NCBI GenBank assembly: GCA_965116905.1
Contig: OZ220732.1
Location: 3,808,001-3,872,000, forward strand
Direction: 5' to 3'
DNA: 64,000 nt
Origin: Longimicrobiales bacterium
Lineage (GTDB): Bacteria; Gemmatimonadota; Gemmatimonadetes; Longimicrobiales; Gaopeijiaceae
The translations under genes were made by a program, and so were the position numbers. Shown piece after piece: positions 1-9,467 of the stretch (positions are counted from its first letter, which is position 1; every line of letters starts with the position of its first letter). The notes below the pieces were generated by a model, which saw only the letters and a list, made by a program, of their open reading frames with translations, was not told the DNA's origin and made no database searches.

Positions 1-341
1 TCGAAGAAGCGCTCCAGCCGCCCCGGCCCCTGCCCGAGCACGCGGCCCGTGTACGGATCGACGCGGGCGTACCGGTCCCGCCCCTCGTAGACGCGCACGG
101 GCGCACGCATGTCCGCAGAGTAGCGCAGCGAGGTCGCCGCCAGGCCCGCCGCCTCGACGATCACCTCCGGCGCCAGCCGCTCCAGGCCCCCCTCGGCCGC
201 CACGAAATGCCGGCGCTCCGCGAGCCCCGTCACCGCCTCCTCCAGCGACAGGACCACGCCGGTCGCGGCCAGCATGAGAACGACGGCCCCGGCGCCCACA
301 GCCACCGAGAGATGCAGCCGGAAAACGACCGCGCGGATCAT
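1..341 (-). CDS. PepSY-associated TM helix domain protein (N-terminal part; runs off window start)
   Basis: Manual translation from ATG at 341: MIRAVVFRLHLSVAVGAGAVVLMLAATGVVLSLEE...VDPYTGRVLG...LERFF; the LH-TM-TG start and the VDPYTG motif are typical of PepSY_TM proteins. Not in the ORF track because the gene is truncated by the window edge. Confidence 0.8.
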   Translation of the reverse strand, partial: MIRAVVFRLHLSVAVGAGAVVLMLAATGVVLSLEEAVTGLAERRHFVAAEGGLERLAPEVIVEAAGLAATSLRYSADMRAPVRVYEGRDRYARVDPYTGRVLGQGPGRLERFF

Positions 342-419
342 CGCGTCACCATCGGGTTCCCCAACCGCACGGCACTCCACGCCCGCACGGCACTTCCCGA
401 CCCGCCCCGCCGGCCGCCG

Positions 420-1121
420 TCAGTTCAGCGTCACGTAGCGCTCGAACCGCGCGACCTCGTCTTCGTCGACGTACTTCCCGATCTCGCGCCGGAACTGGTC
501 CAGATCGGTGTACGGGCGGTACTCCTCGAACTCGTGCGCCATGCGCTCGGTCATGCCCGGAACCGCCATGATCTCCTCGCGGGTGGCGCTGTTGAGGTCG
601 ATCGGGACGTACACATACTGCGCCAGCCGCGCGACCTCGTCCTCGTCCACGTACTTGCCGATCTCCCTGCGGAACTCGTCCATGCCGTCATACGGCCGGT
701 ACTCCTCGAACTCGTGGGCCATCCGATCCCCCACGCCCGGAATCAGCAGGATTTCGTCGTTCGTCACGTCGTTGAGATTGATCGGCAGCCACAGCGACTC
801 GTAGGCCGCCATCGCCGCGTCATCGCCGATCGCCGCCGACAACGCCCCGTGCACATCCGCCGCGCGCAGGAAGGGCCGCCCGCCGGCAATTGCCGCGGCA
901 GCCTCCGCCGTGATTCCCGGGATCGATGTCAGTTCGTCTTCGCCGGCGAGGTTGGGGTTGAGCAGGGCGGCCATGGCATCGGCGGCGCCCATCTCGCCCA
1001 TGGCCTCCGCCGGCTCCGCGGCGGCGGGTGCAGACTCCGCCGAATCGCCGCCCCCACCACAGCCGGCCGATAGCACCGGGATCATGACAAGGGCGGGCAG
1101 CACGGTGTGATTGCGGAACAT
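420..1121 (-). CDS. Helix-hairpin-helix (ComEA-like HhH repeat) lipoprotein
   Basis: Lipobox LSAGC; three LN-x-A/V-(T/G)-x-E-x-x-x-x-PG HhH-like units; AAGAGGA RBS upstream. Confidence 0.75.
   Translation of the reverse strand: MFRNHTVLPALVMIPVLSAGCGGGGDSAESAPAAAEPAEAMGEMGAADAMAALLNPNLAGEDELTSIPGITAEAAAAIAGGRPFLRAADVHGALSAAIGDDAAMAAYESLWLPINLNDVTNDEILLIPGVGDRMAHEFEEYRPYDGMDEFRREIGKYVDEDEVARLAQYVYVPIDLNSATREEIMAVPGMTERMAHEFEEYRPYTDLDQFRREIGKYVDEDEVARFERYVTLN
447..740. repeat. Intragenic duplication (180-nt / 60-aa period) in the HhH gene
   Basis: RMAHEFEEYRPY..D.FRREIGKYVDEDEVAR occurs twice; DNA copies at about 447-560 and 627-740. Confidence 0.85.
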
Positions 1122-1199
1122 GATTCCTCTTCCTTTCCGATTGCGAATCCAGCTTTACGATAGTGACTCCCCACTGGCCCCGAAAGATTAGAACAAAAA

Positions 1200-1215
1200 T
1201 GAGACTCATTCTCAA
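1200..1215. promoter_or_regulatory. Fur-like 7-1-7 operator (TGAGACT-C-ATTCTCA)
   Basis: AT-rich near-palindrome about 80 bp upstream of the HhH/PepSY genes; a near-identical motif precedes feoA (28241-28256). Confidence 0.6.
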
Positions 1216-1392
1216 TCAATGCAAGGAGCCGCTCGCCGGAGGCCAGGGTAACGAAGTTCCGGGGATCCGCGACCGCGCCCCCCCCCCCGCCAACGAAGAG
1301 CCCGGTCACGGTGTCTTTTCCGATAGCGCCGACATTCCCATGGTAACGGGGCCGGTAGCTTCCCCTACCGCGGTTCAAGGAACCAGAACACG

Positions 1393-3727
1393 ATGAGATC
1401 GATATCAGCCCACTTGCGGGGTTTTGTGCCATCAACGCCGGGTTTTGCGGCCTCGATGCTCCTCGCGACAGCCGTGGCGGCATCCCCAACCGGCGCAACC
1501 GCCCAGACGACCAACGGAGACAACGGGGCGCCGCCGGTACTGGAAGCCGCGGCCCTGCCCGTGGAGGTCCGCATCGACCTCGACGGGCGCATGGACGAAG
1601 ACGTCTGGCAGACCGCCACTCCGATCACCGACTTCAGCCAGCAGGAGCCGGTCGAGGGGGGCGTGCCCTCCGAGCGTACCGAGATCCGGGTCGTCTTCGA
1701 TGAGGACAATCTCTATATCGGTGCGGTCCTCTATGGCGATCCGGCCAATATCCTGGCCTATCAGCGGCAGCGCGACGCGAGCCTGCGAACCGACGACCGC
1801 TTCATGTGGATCCTCGACACCTTCCTGGACGGGCGTACCGGGTACTTCTTCGAGATCAACCCGGCCGGATTGATGGGCGACGGGATCCTGACCGGAAGCG
1901 GCGGCGGTTGGGGCGGCGGCGGCGGTGGCGGTGGCGGCGGGGCCGGCAAGGCCTGGGACGGCATCTGGGAGGCTCGCACGGCCGAGCGTGACGACGGGTG
2001 GTCGGCCGAGATCCGCATCCCGTTCAGGACCCTGAATTTCAACCCCGAACTGGACAGCTGGGGGATCAACTTCCAGCGCACGATTCGTCACCGCAACGAA
2101 GAGATCCTCTGGCGGGGATACCGGCGCAACGAAGGGCTCTTTCGACCTGTGAACGCGGGGCGTCTGACGGGCTTGAGAAACCTCTCACAAGGACTGGGAC
2201 TCGAAGCCAGGCCTTCGGCAGTCACGACCTGGAAGAACGTCCCGGAAAACACCGACCCGACGACCTTCCCGAGTGACATCAGTCTCGACGTCAACTACAG
2301 CGTCACGTCCAGCCTGCGCGCGTCGGCAAGCATCAACACCGACTTCGCGGAGGTCGAGAGCGACGAGCGGCGGGTCAACCTCACACGGTTTCCGCAGCGC
2401 TTTCGCGAGCGCCGCGACTTCTTCCTCGAAGGCTCCGGAGTGTTCACCTTCGCTCCCCGCAGCGGCCCGACACCCTTCTTTTCGCGCCGTATCGGCCTCA
2501 GTTCCGGCCAGCAGATACCCATCCAGTACGGAACGCGGCTGACGGGCCAGGCGGGGGAGTACGAACTCGGCTTCTACCAGATTGGCACCGCGGCCCACTC
2601 CTTCTTCGACGAGGGCAGTCTGGCGGACGTGAGCATCCCGAGGGAGACGTTCACCGTTGCCCGCGTGAAGCGCTCGATCTTCGAGCAGTCTTCGGTCGGC
2701 GCGATCTACACGCGCAGGGCCGCGGCGCCCGGGGCCGAGGGGCTCGTGGTCGCCGACGGACACACGGTCGGCATCGACGCCCAGCTGAACACGCGGCACT
2801 TCTTCGGCGACAAGCGCCTGGAGATGGAGGCCTTCTTCGTCTGGAACTCCAACCCCGACCCCACGGTCGACCGGTCGCTCAACGATCTCACCGCCCGCGG
2901 CCTGCGGATCAACTTCCCGAATGACATCTGGAGCGCCCACATCTCGTACCGCGAGTTCGGGGACGACTACAGCCCCTCTCTCGGCTTCGTGCCCCGCAAC
3001 GGCTTCCGCCGGGTGGAGCCCCGCATCGGCTGGGCACCCAGGCCCGAGAGCATAGACTGGATCCGGCAGTTGGACTTCGCGGTCCAGTTCCGCAACCTGA
3101 CCAATCTCGACACGCGGCGTGCTGGAAGAGCGGGAATGGCAGTTCGACATCTTCGGGATCGACTTCGAGAGTGGGGACAACATCGAGATCGAAGCGACCC
3201 GCGTCCGCGAATACCTGGACTACGGGTACGAGGTCAGCGACGGCATCGACATTCTCCCCGGCGACTACACCACATGGGAATGGGGCTTGCAGGCGCGCAC
3301 GGCGGGGCATCGCCGCGTGTCGATGTTCGGGGGAATCAACCGCGGGGGCTTCTGGGACGGCGACAGGACACGCATGAACGCCCGAGCCTCGTTCAGGCCG
3401 AATCCAGGCGTCAGCATCTCCACCAACTTCGAGCACAACGCGGTGTCGCTGCCCCGGGGTAACTTCACCGCCGACGTCTACGAGATCGAGGGCGAGTGGA
3501 ATCCCAACCAGTGGGTCAGCGTCACCAACCAGGTCCGCTACGACAACGACAGCAACATCGTGGGGCTGTTCGCCCGGCTGCGCTGGATCGTGCGCCCCGG
3601 CAACGACGTCTTCCTCGTGTACACGCACAACTGGCGCAACCTCGGTCTGGACATCCTGAACGACCGCGACCTGATCACCCTGTCGCGGGGCAGCGCGATC
3701 AAGGCGAACTACACGTACCGGTTCTAG
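1393..3727 (+). pseudogene. CBM9-like / DUF5916 outer-membrane protein, frameshifted near 3115
   Basis: IDLDGRMDEDVW, GYFFEINPAG, NTDFAEVESD and VNLTRFP..F.ERRDFFLEG motifs in ORF 1393-3462. Family-like sequence continues in another frame (ORF 3119-3727, ending KANYTYRF). Removing one base at about 3115 gives ...LDT-GVLEEREWQ. May be a sequencing error. Confidence 0.75.
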
Positions 3728-3752
3728 CCGGCAGGGTCGCCGCAACGGCGCC

Positions 3753-5630
3753 TCAGCGCACCACCGGCAGGACGATCCTCGACGGATGTGCCGCCGTCCG
3801 GTGCACCTGGATGGTCGGCGCGGTCGCGGGCAGTTCGATGTTGTCGGCGTCGGCACCCATGATCGTCACGCGGATGCGGTGGCCCGCGTTGAAGATGTTG
3901 GCCGTGGGGAGGAGGTCCATGACCAGCTCGCCGGGCGATCCATCGGGCAGGGGCTGCACATCCTCGGCGAAGCTGCGCTGGAACGGCAGCCCGAGATTGT
4001 CCCACGGTGCCTCGGCGAGCTCGCGGTGCGACGCCCGAAGGACGCCCTCGGAGATGTAGTGGGAGACACCCGTGGCGTCGATCTCCTCGAGCAGGACGAT
4101 CACGTCGGCGTCGTTTGTGGATGACGACACCCACAGCGTCACCACGGGGTGCCCGGTAACGTTCACGTCGGCGTCCAGCGGTGGGGTGGTGTAGGTGAGC
4201 GACCTGGCGTCGTTGGGCGCCAGATCGGGGTAGATCATCAACGGGGCGCCGCCGACAGCGTTGTCCCACCGGGTGGCGATCCCGGTTGTGGTTGTCAGGT
4301 CCACGGCATAGCTGTCCGCCCCGCCGTCACCAGCAGGTGCGTCGGGAGACAGCACGCCGTCGTTGACAGACTCGACGCTTCCCGACGGTCCGCCGGCCAT
4401 GTACCAGACGGCTTCCTCCGCCTCGGGGACGGGCCAGTTGTCTGCCGACGTCCAACTCCACTCGCCGGGGCCGTTCATGACGGCGTAGTGGATCGGCGGC
4501 TCGTCCATGATTCCGTTGTCGATGCTCTTCAGCCAGTAGTCGAACCAGCGAAGCTGCTCCACCGCCGTCAGTTGCGCGCTCTCGGCCATCAGCAGGCTGT
4601 CGGGCATGCCCGCGTGCGACCACGCGCCGATGCCCAGCTTCTGCGGCCCCTGATAGTTCGCCCAGAAGAGCACGGCGTCGAGGACAAAGATGTCGTACCA
4701 GCCGTTCCAGTGATACGCGGGCACCCCGGCCTCCTTCACCTCGTCGAGGACGCCCGAGACCCCGTGCTCGGTCCAGGTCAGCGTCGGGATGTCGTGATCG
4801 CGGAATCGCCCGGCAGCGTATTCGACCGCAACATCCCAGTTGTCCTCGTGGTCGGCGATGGCGGCACTCAGCAGCGACCCGTCGGTGTCTTCGTCGACCG
4901 GTGGCGCGGCCCAGTTGATGTCCAGGTTGCGGGTCAGGCCGCCCCAGTGGTCGATCATGTCCTTGCGGTAGATGCCCCCGGGGTGGAGCTGGTCGTACAT
5001 GTCGAGCCCGGCCACGTTGGGAAAGATGGCCTTGAGCGCGGGATGCATCTCGGAAGCCGCCATGTACTGGGTCATGCCCAGATAGGAGCCTCCGTACATC
5101 CCCACGTTGCCGTCGCTCCACGGCTGGGTGGCGAACCACTCGATCATCTCGCGCGCATCGTCGGTCTCGGCCTCGGAGAACAGGCCTTGATAGGTGCCGA
5201 AGGATGCGCCGCCGCCACGCACCTGCACGGCCGCCACAACGTAGCCGTGCCGCGCCAGGAGCTGGAGATCCTCGCTCGCGTCGACCATCGAGTTGACCTC
5301 GGGCACCTCGACCCCTTCCGGCGTGAAGAACCGCACCAACTCGCCGGGATTCCGGTGGTAGCGGGAGTGCGTCCACACAACGGGAAACGGACCTTGCGCG
5401 GCCTCGCCGGCAATCGCGGGGAAGGTGACATCCACGGCCAGCCTGACTCCGTCTCGCATCTCGACGTACTGCGAGGTGTTGACCCAGCTGTCGTACGCCG
5501 GCTCGGAGTAGCCCTCGTACCGGCCGAATTCGGAGACGCGCCCGTCGTCGGGGGCATCAGCGGAGTCGGTGCATCCTGCAACCAGGGCACCGAACAGGAG
5601 AAGACCGATGCTGCGCGGGAAACGAGTCAT
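3753..5630 (-). CDS. CocE/NonD family hydrolase (lipoprotein)
   Basis: MRDGVRLAVD, GMYGGSYLG nucleophile motif, GWYD, GAWSH and a C-terminal PepX-like domain; lipobox LVAGC; start taken at ATG 5630, downstream of the tRNA. Confidence 0.9.
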   Translation of the reverse strand: MTRFPRSIGLLLFGALVAGCTDSADAPDDGRVSEFGRYEGYSEPAYDSWVNTSQYVEMRDGVRLAVDVTFPAIAGEAAQGPFPVVWTHSRYHRNPGELVRFFTPEGVEVPEVNSMVDASEDLQLLARHGYVVAAVQVRGGGASFGTYQGLFSEAETDDAREMIEWFATQPWSDGNVGMYGGSYLGMTQYMAASEMHPALKAIFPNVAGLDMYDQLHPGGIYRKDMIDHWGGLTRNLDINWAAPPVDEDTDGSLLSAAIADHEDNWDVAVEYAAGRFRDHDIPTLTWTEHGVSGVLDEVKEAGVPAYHWNGWYDIFVLDAVLFWANYQGPQKLGIGAWSHAGMPDSLLMAESAQLTAVEQLRWFDYWLKSIDNGIMDEPPIHYAVMNGPGEWSWTSADNWPVPEAEEAVWYMAGGPSGSVESVNDGVLSPDAPAGDGGADSYAVDLTTTTGIATRWDNAVGGAPLMIYPDLAPNDARSLTYTTPPLDADVNVTGHPVVTLWVSSSTNDADVIVLLEEIDATGVSHYISEGVLRASHRELAEAPWDNLGLPFQRSFAEDVQPLPDGSPGELVMDLLPTANIFNAGHRIRVTIMGADADNIELPATAPTIQVHRTAAHPSRIVLPVVR

Positions 5631-5669
5631 GGGCGCGGTGTCCGGCAGATGACAAATCCTTGGGCGAAG

Positions 5670-5742
5670 TGGAGCCAACCGGGATCGAACCGGTGACCTC
5701 TGGCTTGCAAAGCCAGCGCTCTCCCAGCTGAGCTATGGCCCC
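5670..5742 (-). tRNA. tRNA-Ala (TGC)
   Basis: GGGGCCATAGCTCAGCTGGGAGAGCGCTGGCTTTGCAAGCCAGAGGTCACCGGTTCGATCCCGGTTGGCTCCA: full cloverleaf, TGC anticodon, G3:U70 pair; CCA not encoded. Confidence 0.95.
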
Positions 5743-5828
5743 AGAATCGCTGGCCGCAGCCAGCCGGGGAAAGATAGCCGGCGGACAGCCGGTCCCCAAG
5801 GAGCGTCTCTAGCGGCGCGCCACCCGGA

Positions 5829-6707
5829 TCAGCGTCCCGTCAGCAAGCCGTCGAGGTCCCAGGACGCCAGATCCTGAAGCGCATCGAGATCCGTCGCATC
5901 GTAGCGCAGCGCCGCGATCGTGATCATGCCCTGCATGAACGCGTCGGTGTCGCTGCCGGGCGGAAACGTGTCCTCCGGCGAGATGCGCGGCTGAAACACG
6001 CGCACACCGTTTTCCGGCTCGACCTCCTGGTACCCGAGACGGAGGTAGCTGCCGCCCGTTCCCGCCGCCACAATCCCGGCGACCTGGTCCTCGGATGCAG
6101 CCGGAAAGTTGATCGAGAAGACCGTTCCGGAGCGTGACGGACGCGCACGAAGCTCCTGCACAAACCGTGCGACCACCTCCGCCGGGTAGCCGAAGTTCAT
6201 GGAGCGGCCCCCAAGCGAGGCCGCGACGGCCGGAATGTCGTAGTAGGCGCCCGCCATCGCCGCGCCGACGGTACCCGACATACGCGCGAAATCGCCGGTA
6301 TTGGCGCCCGCATTGATCCCGCTGACGACGAGGTCGAAGCCTCCCTCCGGGGCAAGGGCCTGGGTCGCCAGGATGACCGAGCCCGCCGGGGTGGTGTCCA
6401 CGCAGTGGCCCCACACCTCACCCTCGATCTCATACGGCCGCAGCCTTATCGGCAGGTCCAGCCGCACCGACATGCTGCTGCCGCTGCGCTGGCCGCACGG
6501 GGCCACCACGGTCACCTCGCCCACCGCCCGCAGCGCCTCAGCCAGTTGCTGGATCCCGGGCGACTCGATGCCGTCATCGTTGGTCACCAGAATATGGTAC
6601 GCATCCGCGGACGATCGTGCGGCCTGTCCGGAAGGTGCCGGGTCGCACGCCGAGGCTGACAGCGCAACCGCAAGGAAAACCGAGAATCCGCGACGAGATC
6701 CGCCCAT
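5829..6707 (-). CDS. surE: 5'/3'-nucleotidase SurE-like protein with N-terminal lipoprotein signal
   Basis: ILVTNDDGIESPGI, VVAP, QRSGSS, LVVSGINAGAN and SGTVGAA motifs; LSASAC lipobox; AAGGGGGG RBS before ATG 6707. Confidence 0.85.
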   Translation of the reverse strand: MGGSRRGFSVFLAVALSASACDPAPSGQAARSSADAYHILVTNDDGIESPGIQQLAEALRAVGEVTVVAPCGQRSGSSMSVRLDLPIRLRPYEIEGEVWGHCVDTTPAGSVILATQALAPEGGFDLVVSGINAGANTGDFARMSGTVGAAMAGAYYDIPAVAASLGGRSMNFGYPAEVVARFVQELRARPSRSGTVFSINFPAASEDQVAGIVAAGTGGSYLRLGYQEVEPENGVRVFQPRISPEDTFPPGSDTDAFMQGMITIAALRYDATDLDALQDLASWDLDGLLTGR

Positions 6708-6748
6708 GCCTGCCCCCCTTGTGTCCTGCACGCCGGAGTCGCTGGCAA

Positions 6749-6817
6749 TGGAGCCAACCGGGATCGAACCGGTGGCCTCCGGCTTGCAACGCCAGCGCCA
6801 GTCTGAGCCATGGCCCC
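6749..6817 (-). pseudogene. Degenerate tRNA-Ala copy (pseudo-tRNA)
   Basis: Acceptor and T arms match 5670-5742, but the D-arm is truncated (GCTCAGACTGGCGC) and there are substitutions around the anticodon arm; about 58 bp of upstream flank is also duplicated. Confidence 0.8.
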
Positions 6818-6959
6818 AGAGTCGCTGGCGACGGCCAGTCGGGAAAAGATAGCCGGCGAACGCCGGTCCCCAAGGCGCCTTCCCCGGAACGCCAGGCAAC
6901 CAAGCCTTCCCGAGAACGACGGGCAGCCACTTCCGCGGGCATTCGGGCTATATTGGTTC

Positions 6960-8489
6960 ATGAAACAAATGGCGGTGGGGCTCCGGGTCGCGGTTCCTTC
7001 GCTCGTGATTGCATTCCTGGTCGCGGCTTGCGGCAGCGCCGACGGAATGCCGGAGGGCGGCGCAGCCGTCGACGCGCCGACACCTGAAGAGGCCCTCGAT
7101 GTCGCCGCCGACCCGGCAGCCAGCCCGGAAACCGGCAATCCCTCGATCGGTGCCGACGGCGACGCCCTGGCAGCTCCCGGCGATCCTGATGAGGCTCGCA
7201 CGGCCGCCGGCATCGTCGCCGACACCACCCCGCCCGAGCGCACCTACTTCTTTTTCACGCGGCCCGACCACATTCGCGGACTCTACGTGAACTCGTGGTC
7301 CGCGGGCTCCAGGCGGCGCATGGCGGCCCTGATCGATCTCGCCGAGCGGACCGAGGTCAACACCTTCGTGATCGACATCAAGGACGCCAGCGGTTACGTG
7401 AGCCACCCCAGCCAGGTGCCGCTCGCCCAGGAGACGGGGGCCACCAGCGACATCCGCATTCCCAGCATGTCGTGGCTGCTGGGCCAGCTGGAGACGGCGG
7501 GCATCTACCCCGTGGCCCGGATCGTGATCGTCAAGGACCCGGTCCTCGCGGCGGCCCGTCCCGAGCTGGCCGTGCAGGACACGGCCGGCGGCGTGTGGAC
7601 GGACAACAACGGCGTCGTCTGGCTCAATCCGTTCAATGAGGCCGTCTGGGAGTACCACGTCGATCTGGCTCGCGAGGTGGCCGAGATGGGCTTCCCGGAG
7701 ATTCAGTGGGACTACGTCCGCTTCCCCGATGCGCCCGCCTCCGCACTTGGCCGCGCCCACTTTCCGGGCCGGGACGGACAGCCGCGGACCACGGCGATCC
7801 GCGAGTTCCTGGCGTACAGCCGCGAGGCACTCTCGGACCTCGGGGTGGATGTGACCGCGGACGTGTTCGGCGTCACCACCTCCGCGACAGGCGACGTGGG
7901 AATCGGGCAGGTCTGGGAGTCCTTCATCGATGTCGTCGATGTGGCGCTGCCGATGGTCTACCCGAGCCACTACTGGAAGGGCAGCTACGGAATCGAGGAA
8001 CCCAACGCCCATCCCTACGAGATCGTGCGCAGCGCGCTCGAGGACGCGTTGGAGCGCTCAGACACGCTGGAGGGCGCCGGTGCCACGCGACCGTGGCTCC
8101 AGGACTTCACCCTCGGACCTCCGCGCTACGAAGCCCCCGAAGTGCGCGCACAGATCCAGGCCGCGCACGACCTCGGCATCCTCGAGTGGGTGCTGTGGAA
8201 CCCGGGCAGCCGCTATACGGAGGACGCGCTGGAGCCGGCGGACGGGTTCGAGGCCGAACCCCTGGTGCGCGTCGGCAACCAGGTCGTACCGGTTTCCAGG
8301 CGCTTCGAACTCTTCGACACGACCACCGTCGTGGCACAGCCCGAAGAGGAGGCAGAATCCGGCGACGGCGACCCCGGCAACGCCGAGGCCGGCCCGGAGA
8401 CCGGCGGCACCCCCGAAGCCGACACGCTTCCGGACCCCCGCCCGGCACGGCCGGATACGGTCGGCGCCGGGGCCGGCCGGTCAGGCTAG
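6960..8489 (+). CDS. Putative glycoside hydrolase (DUF4015-like) lipoprotein
   Basis: IRGLYV, NTFVIDIKD, ARIVIVKDP, EIQWDYVRFP, PMVYPSHY, RPWLQDF and WVLWNP motifs; lipobox LVAAC. Confidence 0.85.
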   Translation: MKQMAVGLRVAVPSLVIAFLVAACGSADGMPEGGAAVDAPTPEEALDVAADPAASPETGNPSIGADGDALAAPGDPDEARTAAGIVADTTPPERTYFFFTRPDHIRGLYVNSWSAGSRRRMAALIDLAERTEVNTFVIDIKDASGYVSHPSQVPLAQETGATSDIRIPSMSWLLGQLETAGIYPVARIVIVKDPVLAAARPELAVQDTAGGVWTDNNGVVWLNPFNEAVWEYHVDLAREVAEMGFPEIQWDYVRFPDAPASALGRAHFPGRDGQPRTTAIREFLAYSREALSDLGVDVTADVFGVTTSATGDVGIGQVWESFIDVVDVALPMVYPSHYWKGSYGIEEPNAHPYEIVRSALEDALERSDTLEGAGATRPWLQDFTLGPPRYEAPEVRAQIQAAHDLGILEWVLWNPGSRYTEDALEPADGFEAEPLVRVGNQVVPVSRRFELFDTTTVVAQPEEEAESGDGDPGNAEAGPETGGTPEADTLPDPRPARPDTVGAGAGRSG

Positions 8490-9467
8490 CGGCGCCGACT
8501 CGCTCCCGCCGACGGCCGCCGCATAGCGCCGCACCACCTCGCCCGCCTCCTCGATACGCGAGATCCCGGCGACGCTCTTCCCCGCCTGCCACAACTCCTT
8601 CTCCTCGTCGGTCAGCGAACGTTTCAGCTGCCAGAATGACTTGACGGCGTAGAAGAGCCGCATCCAGTGCCTGGTGCGCTTGCCCCGCAGCAGGCGTTTC
8701 GCGAGGGGACCGGCGGTCAGACCCATGCGTCGCACGTACGCGGTGTTCAGGACGGACACCGGAATCCCCGTCAGCTTCTCCGACAGCACCACGTCGTCTT
8801 CCGCCGCCTCCAGGATCGCCCGCTTGTAGGCGTCCGAGGCCGTGCACTCGCGCGTGGCGATGAAGCGCGTGCCCAGCTGGACGCCCGCGTACCCGAGCGA
8901 CAGAGCGCGCGCGAATTCGCCCGGCGTGCCGACGCCGCCGGCGCACACGACCGGCACCCCCAGGTCCCCCACCTCGTCGAGGAGCGCTTCGACCGCGAGG
9001 GGGCCGGCGTGTCCGCCCGCGCGCCGGTTGACGGCGATGAGACCGTGGACTCCCGACTCGAGTCCCTTGAGCGCCCACTTCCGCTCCGTAACGTCGTGAT
9101 ACACGATCCCGCCATGCGGCGCGACCCGGTCCACCACCCACCGGGGCTTTCCCAGCGAGGTCACGAAGAACCGCACCCCCTCCTCGAGCGCGATGTCGAT
9201 CCACTCCACCATGCGCTCGTGGTACTTCCTGGAGGCCTTCTCGATCAGCGCGTTCATGCCGATCGGCTTCGAGGTCAGCCGCCGCATGTAGCGGAGTCCC
9301 TCGCGGAAGTCATAGCCGTGCACGTAGGTGAGACTGACGGGCTGCAGGATCCCGATGCCGCCGGCCTCCGACGCGGCCGCCACCAGTTCGGGATTGCTGC
9401 ACGGGTACATGGCCCCGCAGATCAGCGGCACCTCGATCCCGGCGTGCTCCGTCAGCGCCGTCCTCAC
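8481..9467 (-). CDS. Nitronate monooxygenase / FabK-like flavin oxidoreductase
   Basis: PLICGAM, LVAAASEAGGIG, AGGHAG, VVCAGG, GVQLGTRFIATREC, WQAGKS. Confidence 0.9.
   Translation of the reverse strand: MRTALTEHAGIEVPLICGAMYPCSNPELVAAASEAGGIGILQPVSLTYVHGYDFREGLRYMRRLTSKPIGMNALIEKASRKYHERMVEWIDIALEEGVRFFVTSLGKPRWVVDRVAPHGGIVYHDVTERKWALKGLESGVHGLIAVNRRAGGHAGPLAVEALLDEVGDLGVPVVCAGGVGTPGEFARALSLGYAGVQLGTRFIATRECTASDAYKRAILEAAEDDVVLSEKLTGIPVSVLNTAYVRRMGLTAGPLAKRLLRGKRTRHWMRLFYAVKSFWQLKRSLTDEEKELWQAGKSVAGISRIEEAGEVVRRYAAAVGGSESAPLA

Noticed and set aside
1220..1392. Possible riboswitch upstream of the DUF5916 gene (C-run and cggtag/ctaccg hairpin)
   Set aside because: No recognisable aptamer consensus by eye; an Rfam/Infernal scan would be needed.
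5670..6875. attL/attR of an integrative element at tRNA-Ala
   Set aside because: No integrase is present, and the duplication covers the whole tRNA plus its 5' flank rather than a short 3' core.
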